Shown in pieces: positions 1 through 8,090 of a stretch of 64,000 nucleotides of DNA (the first letter of the stretch is position 1; the number at the start of each line of letters is the position of its first letter). The notes beneath the pieces are model-generated. The model had not been told where the DNA came from, ran no database searches, and saw only the letters and a list, made by a program, of their open reading frames with translations. The stretch comes from an uncultured bacterium. Its GTDB lineage: Bacteria; Patescibacteriota; Minisyncoccia; UBA6257; 2-01-FULL-56-20. The DNA is taken from contig OY970126.1 of NCBI GenBank assembly GCA_963705915.1, positions 10,035-74,034 on the forward strand, given 5' to 3'. A program made the position numbers and the translations under genes.

Positions 1-1
1 T

Positions 2-817
2 GACGGGGCAGGATATATTGCAAAGCTTACTGGCTTTATCCATTCACAAAATCCCAGCGTGCCTATCGTCATTTCTTCACACGACGGCCCTCCCAATAAC
101 TACAATTCCGCGTTCGCCGACTCCGAAGCGGTCATGGCGCAAGGCAATGGCATCGGGTTTGGACAAGAAAGCATTACGATCAACGACCCGATCTCATGGA
201 GCGAAAATCTTGTGCCGTCTTCTTATCACGACTGGGCCCTCAATTTTGGCACCTATAGCACAGAGCCTATCGTCCGCTACGCCCAAACCACATGGCCAGG
301 GCCTTTCACGGGGAGTCAGTCGGAAGTATTCGCCATCCAGAATATTAAAGTTGCCGGGAACGGCCTTGCGACCGCAACGTGCAACCAAGATTGCACACCC
401 CTTTGCAATAGCACGGTTTACTTTACGAATCCCAGCAATCCGAACGATCCTTTCAATAACACTACTGTGCAAGACGTTACCGGCGCGGAAAATATCCTGA
501 CGTGCCAGGCAAATGGCAGCACCGGGCAATTCACATTCAATACATCCGCCGTGGTCGGCGGCGTTGGATCGATCAGCCCGGGAACGTATATGACGGGTGG
601 CGACGTCTGGGCGGCGGAATATCTGCCGGTCGTAATACCGTTCGCACAGCAGCATTATGTCACTTCGCTTGAACTTCACGAGTGCACGCTCGATTATGCG
701 TACGGAGCAAGCTCATCCCTCCATTCTTGCACCGGATTGATGCCGACTGGTGGCGACACAACGTACCAGGCCGCAATCAAGGACGCCATCACCGGCACGC
801 TCGATCCTGCGCCATAA
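2..817 (+). CDS. C-terminal part of a secreted hypothetical protein; reading frame stays open to the window start
   Basis: The frame of ORF 59..817 has no stop codon back to position 2. The protein is rich in NxS/T and Cys. No catalytic motif was recognised. Confidence 0.4.
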   Translation, partial: DGAGYIAKLTGFIHSQNPSVPIVISSHDGPPNNYNSAFADSEAVMAQGNGIGFGQESITINDPISWSENLVPSSYHDWALNFGTYSTEPIVRYAQTTWPGPFTGSQSEVFAIQNIKVAGNGLATATCNQDCTPLCNSTVYFTNPSNPNDPFNNTTVQDVTGAENILTCQANGSTGQFTFNTSAVVGGVGSISPGTYMTGGDVWAAEYLPVVIPFAQQHYVTSLELHECTLDYAYGASSSLHSCTGLMPTGGDTTYQAAIKDAITGTLDPAP

Positions 818-853
818 TTTGACTCTCCCGTTCCTGCGTGTATACTGTCCCGT

Positions 854-1072
854 ATGGCTATTGAAGCTCGCAAAAAAGAAGGGGAATCAGGCAATTCATT
901 GCTCTATGCTTTCACGCGCAAAGTGAAGCGCAGCGGCATCTTAAAAGAAGTCCGCCATCGCAAGTTCCGTGATCGGCCCGTGAGCCGGCTCAAACGGCGC
1001 GTTTCTGCGATCCATCGCGAGGCAAAGCGTGCAGACATTGAACGGCAAAAGAAGCTTGGGCTTTTGCAGTAG
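854..1072 (+). CDS. rpsU: 30S ribosomal protein S21
   Basis: 72 aa and very basic. The pattern FTRKVKRSGILKEVRHRKF..RP..RLKRR...HREAKR is typical of bS21. Confidence 0.85.
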   Translation: MAIEARKKEGESGNSLLYAFTRKVKRSGILKEVRHRKFRDRPVSRLKRRVSAIHREAKRADIERQKKLGLLQ

Positions 1073-1107
1073 TATAATGCGGCGCATGCCCGCGTCCACA
1101 CAACCGA

Positions 1108-1554
1108 ATGGCTCTCTTCCAGAACATTAACGACGATCTGAAGACCGCAATGAAATCCGGCGACAAAACTCGCGTGGAAGTTTTGCGTTTCTCGCTCGCG
1201 GGATTGAACAGTGCGCTTAAGGAGAAAGCATTGAAGGAGCCGGGCGCTACGCTCACCGACGAAGAAGTGATTGCGAATTTGCAAAAGGAAGCCAAGCGCC
1301 GCCGCGAATCGGTCGAGCTCTTCAAGCAGGGGAACCGCAACGACCTTGTACAAAAAGAAGAAGGTGACCTCACGATCATCATGGGCTATCTTCCGGAACA
1401 GATGTCGCGCGAAGAAATCGAAAAAGTGGTTGCCGACCTGAAGGAAAAAGGCTTCACAGAATTCAACACGCTCATGCGCGAATCGATGAAAGTTCTAAAA
1501 GGACGCGCCGACGGGAAATTGGTTGGTGACGTTGTGAAGGCCAATGTCGGCTAA
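1108..1554 (+). CDS. yqeY: GatB/YqeY domain protein
   Basis: 148 aa. N-terminal DLKTAMKSGDK.R..VLR and C-terminal GKLVGDVVKA motifs of the YqeY family. It follows rpsU as in many operons. Confidence 0.8.
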   Translation: MALFQNINDDLKTAMKSGDKTRVEVLRFSLAGLNSALKEKALKEPGATLTDEEVIANLQKEAKRRRESVELFKQGNRNDLVQKEEGDLTIIMGYLPEQMSREEIEKVVADLKEKGFTEFNTLMRESMKVLKGRADGKLVGDVVKANVG

Positions 1555-1960
1555 GCCGCGCCGCGCCGCGCCGGGACCCCGCCTCGATCGGCTCGCTCGT
1601 CTCGCAAATAAATTCTTGCGCGAACTCAAGATTCAAGGTGGCATCCTCGATATTTTTTTGCTTCCGAATGCAGAAATGAAAGCGATCAAGAAGAGAATGT
1701 TTCGTGGTAAAGTCCGCTTTAGCGAACCGAACGTCGTTTCGTTTCCCGAACCGGAGCATTTTCCGCATCCCGAACTCCGCCGCGGCAAAAAATATCTCGG
1801 CGAAATTTATTTAAATAAGGACATCATCAAAAAATCTCCCGAACGCGCTGCGCCATTGCTCCTGCACGGCATTTTGCACCTCCTCGGACATGACCACAAA
1901 AAGAAGAACGAGGCTCAAAGGATGGAAAAGCTAGAAAGGAAAATACTGGGGAGGTTCTAG
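1544..1960 (+). CDS. ybeY: rRNA maturation endoribonuclease YbeY
   Basis: Zinc-binding motif HGILHLLGHDH near the C-terminus. 138 aa. Overlaps yqeY by 11 nt. Confidence 0.85.
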   Translation: MSAKPRRAAPGPRLDRLARLANKFLRELKIQGGILDIFLLPNAEMKAIKKRMFRGKVRFSEPNVVSFPEPEHFPHPELRRGKKYLGEIYLNKDIIKKSPERAAPLLLHGILHLLGHDHKKKNEAQRMEKLERKILGRF

Positions 1961-2029
1961 GAGGGGAAAGCATGGCTTTTGAGGCACTTGTTCTTACTGG
2001 GTGATTCAAAAGCCATGCTTCCCCCCTCC
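1960..2029. repeat. Near-perfect inverted repeat: 23-bp arms GGAGGGGAAAGCATGGCTTTTGA / TCAAAAGCCATGCTTCCCCCCTCC with a 23-nt loop
   Basis: Read directly from the sequence. It starts at the ybeY stop codon. No U-tract follows. Confidence 0.85.
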
Positions 2030-2038
2030 TAGTTGTAT

Positions 2039-2066
2039 CCACAGGGTATTTCCACCCTGTTTTCCA
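2039..2066 (+). terminator. Small hairpin (ACAGGGT / ACCCTGT) followed by TTTCC; weak terminator-like element ahead of ftsA
   Basis: Stem-loop plus a short T-run. A TAAAAT -10-like box follows at about 2070. Confidence 0.35.
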
Positions 2067-2083
2067 TGCTAAAATGAGCCTAT

Positions 2084-3331
2084 ATGAAGCTCAAGGGACT
2101 TTCGGGCGGGGGAGATTTTGTGACGGGCCTCGATATAGGCACATCTTCTATTAAGGTTGTTGTCGCTGAATTGCGCGGCAAGCGTCCCGTCATTGTCCAC
2201 GTCCACAAAGAAGTGTGCTCCGGCATGCGCAAGGGTGCCGTGATCGACCTTTCCGAGGCCTCACAAGCGATCAATCGCGCGCTTTCCGAAGTGAAAAAGA
2301 TTTCAAAATCCGCTACGAGGAATATCTATATGAGTATCGGTACGCCGCAAGTTAAAATGCAGGCGTCCCGCGGGATCGTCGCCGTTTCCCGTGCCGACGC
2401 GGAAATTTATCAAGACGATGTTGATCGTGCGGTGCGCGCGTCGCAGGCGGTGAACCTTCCGCAGAACCGGACGATCATCCACACGCTCACCAAAGAATTC
2501 GTCGTCGACGGCGTGGGGGACATCGTTGATCCGCTTGGCCTTTCAGGAAGCCGCCTCGAGGTGCAGAGCCTCATCATCGACGCGTTTTCTCCCCACATCA
2601 AAGCGCTCATGCGCGCCGCAGAACTCGCCGGCGGCGAAATTGGTGGACTCGTATTCGGCCCGCTCGTCGCCGCGCGCGCCGCGCTTTCAAAACGGCAAAA
2701 AGATTTGGGCACGGCGATCGTTGACCTTGGATTCGGCACGACTGGCCTCGCGGTCTATGAAGAAAATCGTCTGGCTGGCACATCAAAGTTTCCGGTGGGC
2801 GCCGGAAATATTTCAAACGACCTCGCCGTCGGCTTAAAGATCGGCGTCGACTCGGCGGAAGAAGTGAAATTGCATTACGGCTACGCGCTTTCCAAAGAGG
2901 TGAGCACCAAAGAGACCGTCGACCTCAAAAAGTTTTCGAGCGAAGCAAAGAGCACGGCATCGCGCCGGTTTATCGCTGAGATCGTTGAGTCGCGCCTCGA
3001 GGAAATTTTTGACCTCGTGAATGCCGAACTTAAACTGCTCCAAAAATTCGGCGAATTGCCCGGCGGCGTGGTCCTCGTCGGTGGCGGCGCAAAGCTCCCC
3101 GGCCTCACTGATCTCGTAAAGCAAGAAATGCGGCTCTCGGCACAAATCGGCTGCACCCTGGCCGAAGCCTGGGAAGGCGGCGGAGGCGCTTTCAAGGAAT
3201 ACCTCGAAGACCCGGAATATGTGACCGCTTTTGGCCTTGTTTTATGGGGGATAACCGGCGAGAGCGGCGGCGACATGCCGGAACCCGAAGGGATGAATAT
3301 TAAAAACTTCTTTAAATACTTCACGCCCTAG
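2084..3331 (+). CDS. ftsA: Cell division protein FtsA
   Basis: 415 aa, actin-like ATPase. N-terminal GLDIGTSSIKVVVAE. Sits immediately upstream of ftsZ. Confidence 0.9.
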   Translation: MKLKGLSGGGDFVTGLDIGTSSIKVVVAELRGKRPVIVHVHKEVCSGMRKGAVIDLSEASQAINRALSEVKKISKSATRNIYMSIGTPQVKMQASRGIVAVSRADAEIYQDDVDRAVRASQAVNLPQNRTIIHTLTKEFVVDGVGDIVDPLGLSGSRLEVQSLIIDAFSPHIKALMRAAELAGGEIGGLVFGPLVAARAALSKRQKDLGTAIVDLGFGTTGLAVYEENRLAGTSKFPVGAGNISNDLAVGLKIGVDSAEEVKLHYGYALSKEVSTKETVDLKKFSSEAKSTASRRFIAEIVESRLEEIFDLVNAELKLLQKFGELPGGVVLVGGGAKLPGLTDLVKQEMRLSAQIGCTLAEAWEGGGGAFKEYLEDPEYVTAFGLVLWGITGESGGDMPEPEGMNIKNFFKYFTP

Positions 3332-3339
3332 AAGGCCTA

Positions 3340-3348
3340 TGGTAAAAT
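3340..3348 (+). promoter_or_regulatory. Extended -10 element TGGTAAAAT in the ftsA-ftsZ spacer
   Basis: TGnTAAAAT lies 28 nt upstream of the ftsZ ATG. Confidence 0.35.
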
Positions 3349-3376
3349 TCGATTAAATTCAAAGCTTTTATTCCCG

Positions 3377-4735
3377 ATGCCAAACGCCAAACGAGAAAAA
3401 TTCCAGCCGCTATCCGCAAATGTCAAAGTGATTGGCATCGGCGGCGGGGGAGGCAATGCGGTGGCTCGTATGTCCCGAAATTTTTTCCGTGGCGTTGACT
3501 TCGTTGCTATCAACACCGATCATCAGGATCTCGACCACTGCGATGTAAAACATAAATTGTATATCGGCAAAGGACTCACGAAAGGTCTTGGCACCGGTAT
3601 GAACCCGGATCTTGGCCGCCAAGCAGCGGAAGAGAATCGTTCTGAAATTAGTGAAACAGTAAAAGGCGCCGACCTCGTTTTTCTCGCCGCTGGCTTTGGC
3701 GGCGGCACGGGCACGGGCGCCACGCCGGTTGTTGCGGAAGCCGCAAAGCAAGCCGGAGCGCTCACGATCGCCGTTGTCACAAAACCCTTCAGTTTTGAAG
3801 GCAGCCAGCGGGAACGGGTTGCGGCGGAAGGCCTCGCCAAATTGCGCGACAAAGTTGATGCGCTCATCGTTGTCCCGAACGACCGCATTTTCACCGTGAT
3901 CAGCAAAGACACGCCGATCGTGAAAGCATTCGAATCGATCGACGATATTTTGCGTAACGCCTTGAAAGGACTCGTCGAGATCATCGCGATGCCCGGCATT
4001 GTGAATGTTGATTTTGCGGATGTGAAAAACATCATGCAAGACGCCGGCGTTGCGATTGTTGGTGTTGGCCTCGCGACCGGCCCTGACCGCGCCGTGAAGG
4101 CCGTTCAATCGGCGCTCCATTCGCCGCTCCTCGAAACGAGTCCCGAAGGCGCAAAGGCAGTCCTTCTTGGCATCACGGGCGGTCGCGACCTCAAGATGAA
4201 CGAAGTAAACGATGCAGCGAAGATCGTCGCGCAAACCGCGGATCCTTCCGCGCGAATCATCTTTGGCGCCTATTACGACCGCAATCTCAAACCGGGCCAG
4301 CTCAAGATCACCGTGGTTGCCGCAGGGTTTAATAATCAGCAAGGAACAGCGCTTTTTGGCGGCGGCGCAGGCAGCCTCTATGGCCGCGGCGAGCCCGTTT
4401 TTGGCGGCCGAACCCCGATGGACGGCAAAAAGGCTTCCACCCCAACCCGCGAACCAATGTCGTATGGAAAAGAAGGATATGCCAAGGAAGTCGTGCGTGC
4501 CCGCGGCGACCGCGGTGACGAATCAGCCGACGAGCTCATGTCTGTCGCCTCGCGCAATCCATCCGCATCGCTTGATCGGAAGCCCATACAAAGCAACCTG
4601 CACGGCTCAAACGGCAGCAACGGTAACAGTGGGAACGGAAATGCAAACGGAAGTGGAGACACGAACTCAAACAGCAAAGAAAAAGAAAGCGACGCGTGGG
4701 ATATCCCCGCATTTCTCCGTAGGAGAAAGAAGTAA
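3377..4735 (+). CDS. ftsZ: Cell division GTPase FtsZ
   Basis: GGGTGTG tubulin signature and VIGIGGGGGNAV. Long N/G/S-rich linker. C-terminal peptide DIPAFLRRRKK that binds FtsA. Confidence 0.95.
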   Translation: MPNAKREKFQPLSANVKVIGIGGGGGNAVARMSRNFFRGVDFVAINTDHQDLDHCDVKHKLYIGKGLTKGLGTGMNPDLGRQAAEENRSEISETVKGADLVFLAAGFGGGTGTGATPVVAEAAKQAGALTIAVVTKPFSFEGSQRERVAAEGLAKLRDKVDALIVVPNDRIFTVISKDTPIVKAFESIDDILRNALKGLVEIIAMPGIVNVDFADVKNIMQDAGVAIVGVGLATGPDRAVKAVQSALHSPLLETSPEGAKAVLLGITGGRDLKMNEVNDAAKIVAQTADPSARIIFGAYYDRNLKPGQLKITVVAAGFNNQQGTALFGGGAGSLYGRGEPVFGGRTPMDGKKASTPTREPMSYGKEGYAKEVVRARGDRGDESADELMSVASRNPSASLDRKPIQSNLHGSNGSNGNSGNGNANGSGDTNSNSKEKESDAWDIPAFLRRRKK

Positions 4736-4825
4736 AAAGATATTAAAAAATTATTAAACAAAACTTGCGCTGCTTATCTGCGGTGGTATTCTTGTCGTAG
4801 TCGAAATAAAAATAATCATAAATGT

Positions 4826-5098
4826 ATGGCAGAAAAAATGACGCTCGACAAGCTTGCCCTCATAACTGCACATGGTTTTGAGGAGCTGCACGGAAAAGTG
4901 GATGAGTTTCGCGGAAAAGTAGATGAGTTGCGCGGGGAAGTGGATGAGTTTCGCGGAGAAATAAAAAGTTTAAAAAAGGAATTGAAAGCGGAAATCAATG
5001 ATTTGCGGAAAGAAGTTCGCGCCGGATTCAAATTAGTGCAAAGCCACTATGACGGCCACGAACGGAGGATCACGCGCCTCGAAGAGAAGGTGCTTTAA
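4826..5098 (+). CDS. Small coiled-coil protein with a three-fold heptad repeat (KVDEFRG)
   Basis: 90 aa, helical and charged. The 21-bp DNA tandem repeats keep the frame. Confidence 0.5.
   Translation: MAEKMTLDKLALITAHGFEELHGKVDEFRGKVDELRGEVDEFRGEIKSLKKELKAEINDLRKEVRAGFKLVQSHYDGHERRITRLEEKVL
4897..4959 (+). repeat. Three tandem 21-bp repeats (GTGGATGAGTTTCGCGGAAAA-like)
   Basis: Direct repeats inside ORF 4826..5098; 2-4 mismatches between copies. Confidence 0.8.
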
Positions 5099-5099
5099 A

Positions 5100-6143
5100 T
5101 CACAGCAACTTCGTCACTTCATCGTCCTCTTCCACGACCTTCCCAATTTTTAATATATCCTTGTCGATTTTGCCGAACTCCTTGAAGGCGGTATTGTAGG
5201 CGTTTGTCGTCGTTGTGAGATGCGTTCCGATTTTCTCAAGATATTCTTCGTATCGTTCCAAATGCCGCTGGAGCTCCATCACATTTTTGCGGATCTGTTC
5301 CGCAGACCTATTGATCTCGATTTGGCGGATGCCCTGGAGCGCCATTTGGAGGTAGGCGTAGAACGTGGTGGGGGAAACGGGATAAACGCGTTTCTCGCCG
5401 GCATAGGCGATGAGGTCGCGTTCCGCAGCGCCGCCGATTTTGTTCACGAGGAGGTCGTAGTAGAGCGCTTCGGACGGGATGAACATAAACGCAAAGTCCA
5501 CGGTGTTCTCCGACGGTTTGATATATTTCGACGTCTCATCGATGCGGGTTTTTAAATCCATTCGTAAGGCGTCTTCCGTGCGCTTGCGCTCGTCGTCGGT
5601 CAACGTCCCGCTTGCGAGGCGGTTATAATTTTCCAAACTGAACTTTGAGTCGATGGGGATCACCTGTTCTTGGTAGAAAATAACGGCATCCACTTTTGTG
5701 CCGTCTGCAAAGGGATATTGCAATTGGTAGGCGCCCGGCGGCAAAACATTTTTTAAAACCGTTTCGAGGAAATATTCGCCGAGCACGCCGCGCTGTTTGG
5801 TGTTTTTCAAAATATCGTTCAAATTTTTAAGCTGATCGTTGAGCGCCGAAACCTGCTTTTGACCTTCAATCACCTTGGTGAGCTCAGAGGTCACCTCTTT
5901 CACAATTTTCGTGCTCTCGCCAGCCTGGGCAAGGACCGTTTTTGTGGAATCATTCAGGCGGGCGTCGAGCGTTTGCGAAAGCCGGTGCATCTGGTCGCTG
6001 ATCTGCTTTTGCTGATCCTGGATCTGGTTTTGGAGGAGAACCAGTGAGCCCTCGTCTTGTTTCTTCTCCGCCGGCGGCTTCCAAAGCCGATAGACGACGA
6101 CGGCGAGCATAATGATGATGAGCGCGAAGAGGATGATGTCCAT
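5100..6143 (-). CDS. rmuC: DNA recombination protein RmuC
   Basis: N-terminal TM helix, long coiled-coil, then the RmuC C-terminal domain (VDFAFMFIPSEALY...). Start taken at the internal Met (MDIILF). Confidence 0.8.
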   Translation of the reverse strand: MDIILFALIIIMLAVVVYRLWKPPAEKKQDEGSLVLLQNQIQDQQKQISDQMHRLSQTLDARLNDSTKTVLAQAGESTKIVKEVTSELTKVIEGQKQVSALNDQLKNLNDILKNTKQRGVLGEYFLETVLKNVLPPGAYQLQYPFADGTKVDAVIFYQEQVIPIDSKFSLENYNRLASGTLTDDERKRTEDALRMDLKTRIDETSKYIKPSENTVDFAFMFIPSEALYYDLLVNKIGGAAERDLIAYAGEKRVYPVSPTTFYAYLQMALQGIRQIEINRSAEQIRKNVMELQRHLERYEEYLEKIGTHLTTTTNAYNTAFKEFGKIDKDILKIGKVVEEDDEVTKLL

Positions 6144-6195
6144 AGATATAGTGTAAGCGCCGTTCACGCTTTTGTCATTCGCACGACAAAACAAA

Positions 6196-6228
6196 AACCG
6201 CGCCGAAGCGCGGTTTTTGTTTTGGGCA
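6196..6228 (-). terminator. Rho-independent terminator (AAACCGCGC..GCGCGGTTT followed by a T-run) after the RRM gene
   Basis: GC-rich hairpin flanked by A- and T-runs, so it can act in both directions. Confidence 0.7.
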
Positions 6229-6239
6229 GTCGAGCCGGT

Positions 6240-6551
6240 TTATTGCCAGCTGCGTCCGCCACCATTCCCGCCGAAGCCGCGGTCGCCGCGAGGCGCACGG
6301 GGTTCGAGAGGCTTGGCTTCATTCACGGTGAGCTTGCGCCCAGCGAAATCTTTGCCATTCCACATTTCGATCGCCGCTTGGGCATCGGAATCGGAACCCA
6401 TTTCGACAAAACCGAATCCGCGTGAGCGGCCGGTCATTTTATCCATGATGATGCTCGAAGAAACAACCTGTCCCGCTTTCGAGAAGGCGTCTTGGAGTTC
6501 GTCTTGGGTCGTCGAGTAGGGAAGACCTCCAACGTATAATTTCGTAGCCAT
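6240..6551 (-). CDS. RRM-type RNA-binding protein with a Gly/Arg-rich tail
   Basis: RNP-2 motif LYVGGL and RNP-1 motif RGFGFVEM. 103 aa. Confidence 0.85.
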   Translation of the reverse strand: MATKLYVGGLPYSTTQDELQDAFSKAGQVVSSSIIMDKMTGRSRGFGFVEMGSDSDAQAAIEMWNGKDFAGRKLTVNEAKPLEPRAPRGDRGFGGNGGGRSWQ

Positions 6552-6672
6552 TAAATCGTTACTAACTTGTTGCTAATTGCTAATGTAAGTCGACCAATTT
6601 ATTTTTTCCTCTGCTTCTCCGACCAACTTGCGTAGGACTTCGAAACTTACGGGAACCCTTACATACCAAGTA

Positions 6673-6702
6673 TTATACCATAAAGTCGCCAAAAAATGCA
6701 AG
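6673..6702 (-). promoter_or_regulatory. Sigma70-like promoter: -35 TTGCAT, 18-nt spacer, extended -10 TGGTATAAT; about 120-nt leader to the RRM gene
   Basis: Hexamers read on the minus strand. Confidence 0.5.
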
Positions 6703-6715
6703 GGGCTCCTTTTAT

Positions 6716-6750
6716 CATATAAAAAGCCCTACCGGTGGCGGTAGGGTGCG
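6716..6750 (-). terminator. Terminator hairpin (CCCTACCG..CGGTAGGG plus T-run) overlapping the stop codon of the 6729 gene
   Basis: Hairpin followed by TTTTTATAT on the minus strand. Confidence 0.55.
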
Positions 6751-7124
6751 AATTCGTTTTCCATAGAGGCGAATACATCAGCAATCTCGCTCTCTATCTC
6801 CCAAATTCGGAAAGTTCGGATAGTCCTCGTTCCGAGGATCCATCCTCCAAGAAAGCTTACGATCGCTATCGTAGGGAGCAGGATGAGCATTCCGAGGAAT
6901 TTTTCCCCGCGGCAGTCGAATAGGTCATTCATAAAGCCGCCCGCAAAACCGATGCATGCGTTAACCGACCCCCAGCAGAAAAGACCTTGCTCTTTGTTGT
7001 ACAAGCCGAACAGGAAGCCACATACGGCACATGCCACGATGTTGTAGCGTGCAGGCGCCGTTATGAGCACGAGAAGCGTTGCCAAAAGAATCATCAAGTG
7101 AACAAAAACAGCCTGTCTGCGCAT
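6729..7124 (-). CDS. Small integral membrane protein (3-4 TM helices)
   Basis: Hydrophobic ORF. Start taken at the internal Met (MRRQAVF) to avoid overlap with the divergent gene. Confidence 0.45.
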   Translation of the reverse strand: MRRQAVFVHLMILLATLLVLITAPARYNIVACAVCGFLFGLYNKEQGLFCWGSVNACIGFAGGFMNDLFDCRGEKFLGMLILLPTIAIVSFLGGWILGTRTIRTFRIWEIESEIADVFASMENEFAPYRHR

Positions 7125-7190
7125 AAAAGCCCTCCGCGAATTCTTTGAAGACTGTAGCACAAGAAAAAGAACTTTGCTACCGTATACAAG

Positions 7191-8075
7191 ATGGAGGCAA
7201 AAGCGTTTAACCAGATCGTAAAGAACTATTATCGCCATCACGGCCGCCACGATCTTCCGTGGCGTAAAACAAAAGACCCGTACCGGATTTTGGTTTCAGA
7301 AATCATGCTACAACAAACCCAGGTGAGTCGCGTTATCCCGTTTTATGAAAATTTCATAAAACAATTCCCGAATTTTACTAAACTCGCGCAAGCAAAGACA
7401 TCCGACGTGCTCCGGACGTGGCAAGGCCTCGGCTACAACCGGCGCGCGATTGCACTCCAAAAATTATCAAGAATTGTTTTAGAAAAATTTAATGGAACAT
7501 TGCCACGCACAAGGGAGGAACTCGAAAGCTTGCCTGGCATCGGCAAGGGAACATCCGGTTCGCTCATGGCGTTTGCGTTTAATCAGCCGGAGATCTTCGT
7601 CGAAACGAATATCCGCCGCGTTTTCATCCATCATTTTTTCCCGGCCCACAGCGCACCCCAAAAAGCACATAAAAAATTCGTAACCGACGCCGAAATCGAA
7701 CGTTGTATCAAAAGGACGATCAACAAGAAAAACCCTCGCGAATGGTATTGGGCTTTGATGGATTACGGATCGTCACTCGCTTCGCGGTCAAAAGTAGAAA
7801 ACCCCAATCGTCGCAGTGCGCACTATGCGCGGCAAAGCAAATTCACGGGATCTGATCGCGAATTGCGCGGGAAGATTCTCAAGTTGCTTTTGGTGGAAAG
7901 CTTTGAAAAGCCGACGATGAAGAACGCAGCGAGAATAGTGATCCAACCAAAAGACATCGCAGCCGAATTCACTGAACCGCTTGCCCGTGTGAAGAAAATT
8001 CTCAAAGGGCTTGTCCGGGACGGATTCATCCAAAACATTGCAACAAAAGGCCAGCAATATTGTATTAATAATTAA
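7191..8075 (+). CDS. HhH-GPD base-excision glycosylase, MutY/Nth-like, without a 4Fe-4S Cys cluster
   Basis: N-terminus LPWRKTKDPYRILVSEIMLQQTQV is MutY-like. HhH motif LPGIGKGTS. No C-x6-C-x2-C-x5-C motif. C-terminal 80 aa not recognised. Confidence 0.7.
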   Translation: MEAKAFNQIVKNYYRHHGRHDLPWRKTKDPYRILVSEIMLQQTQVSRVIPFYENFIKQFPNFTKLAQAKTSDVLRTWQGLGYNRRAIALQKLSRIVLEKFNGTLPRTREELESLPGIGKGTSGSLMAFAFNQPEIFVETNIRRVFIHHFFPAHSAPQKAHKKFVTDAEIERCIKRTINKKNPREWYWALMDYGSSLASRSKVENPNRRSAHYARQSKFTGSDRELRGKILKLLLVESFEKPTMKNAARIVIQPKDIAAEFTEPLARVKKILKGLVRDGFIQNIATKGQQYCINN

Positions 8076-8090
8076 GATCTGAATCTTCAT

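Noticed and set aside
3410-4342. Long antisense ORFs inside ftsZ and similar overlapping ORFs (18..500, 194..679, 904..1353, 990..1382, 35607..36047, 36441..36938, 63173..63841)
   Set aside because: They lie antisense or out of frame within genes that have strong family signatures. No motifs and a GC-skewed composition; treated as spurious.
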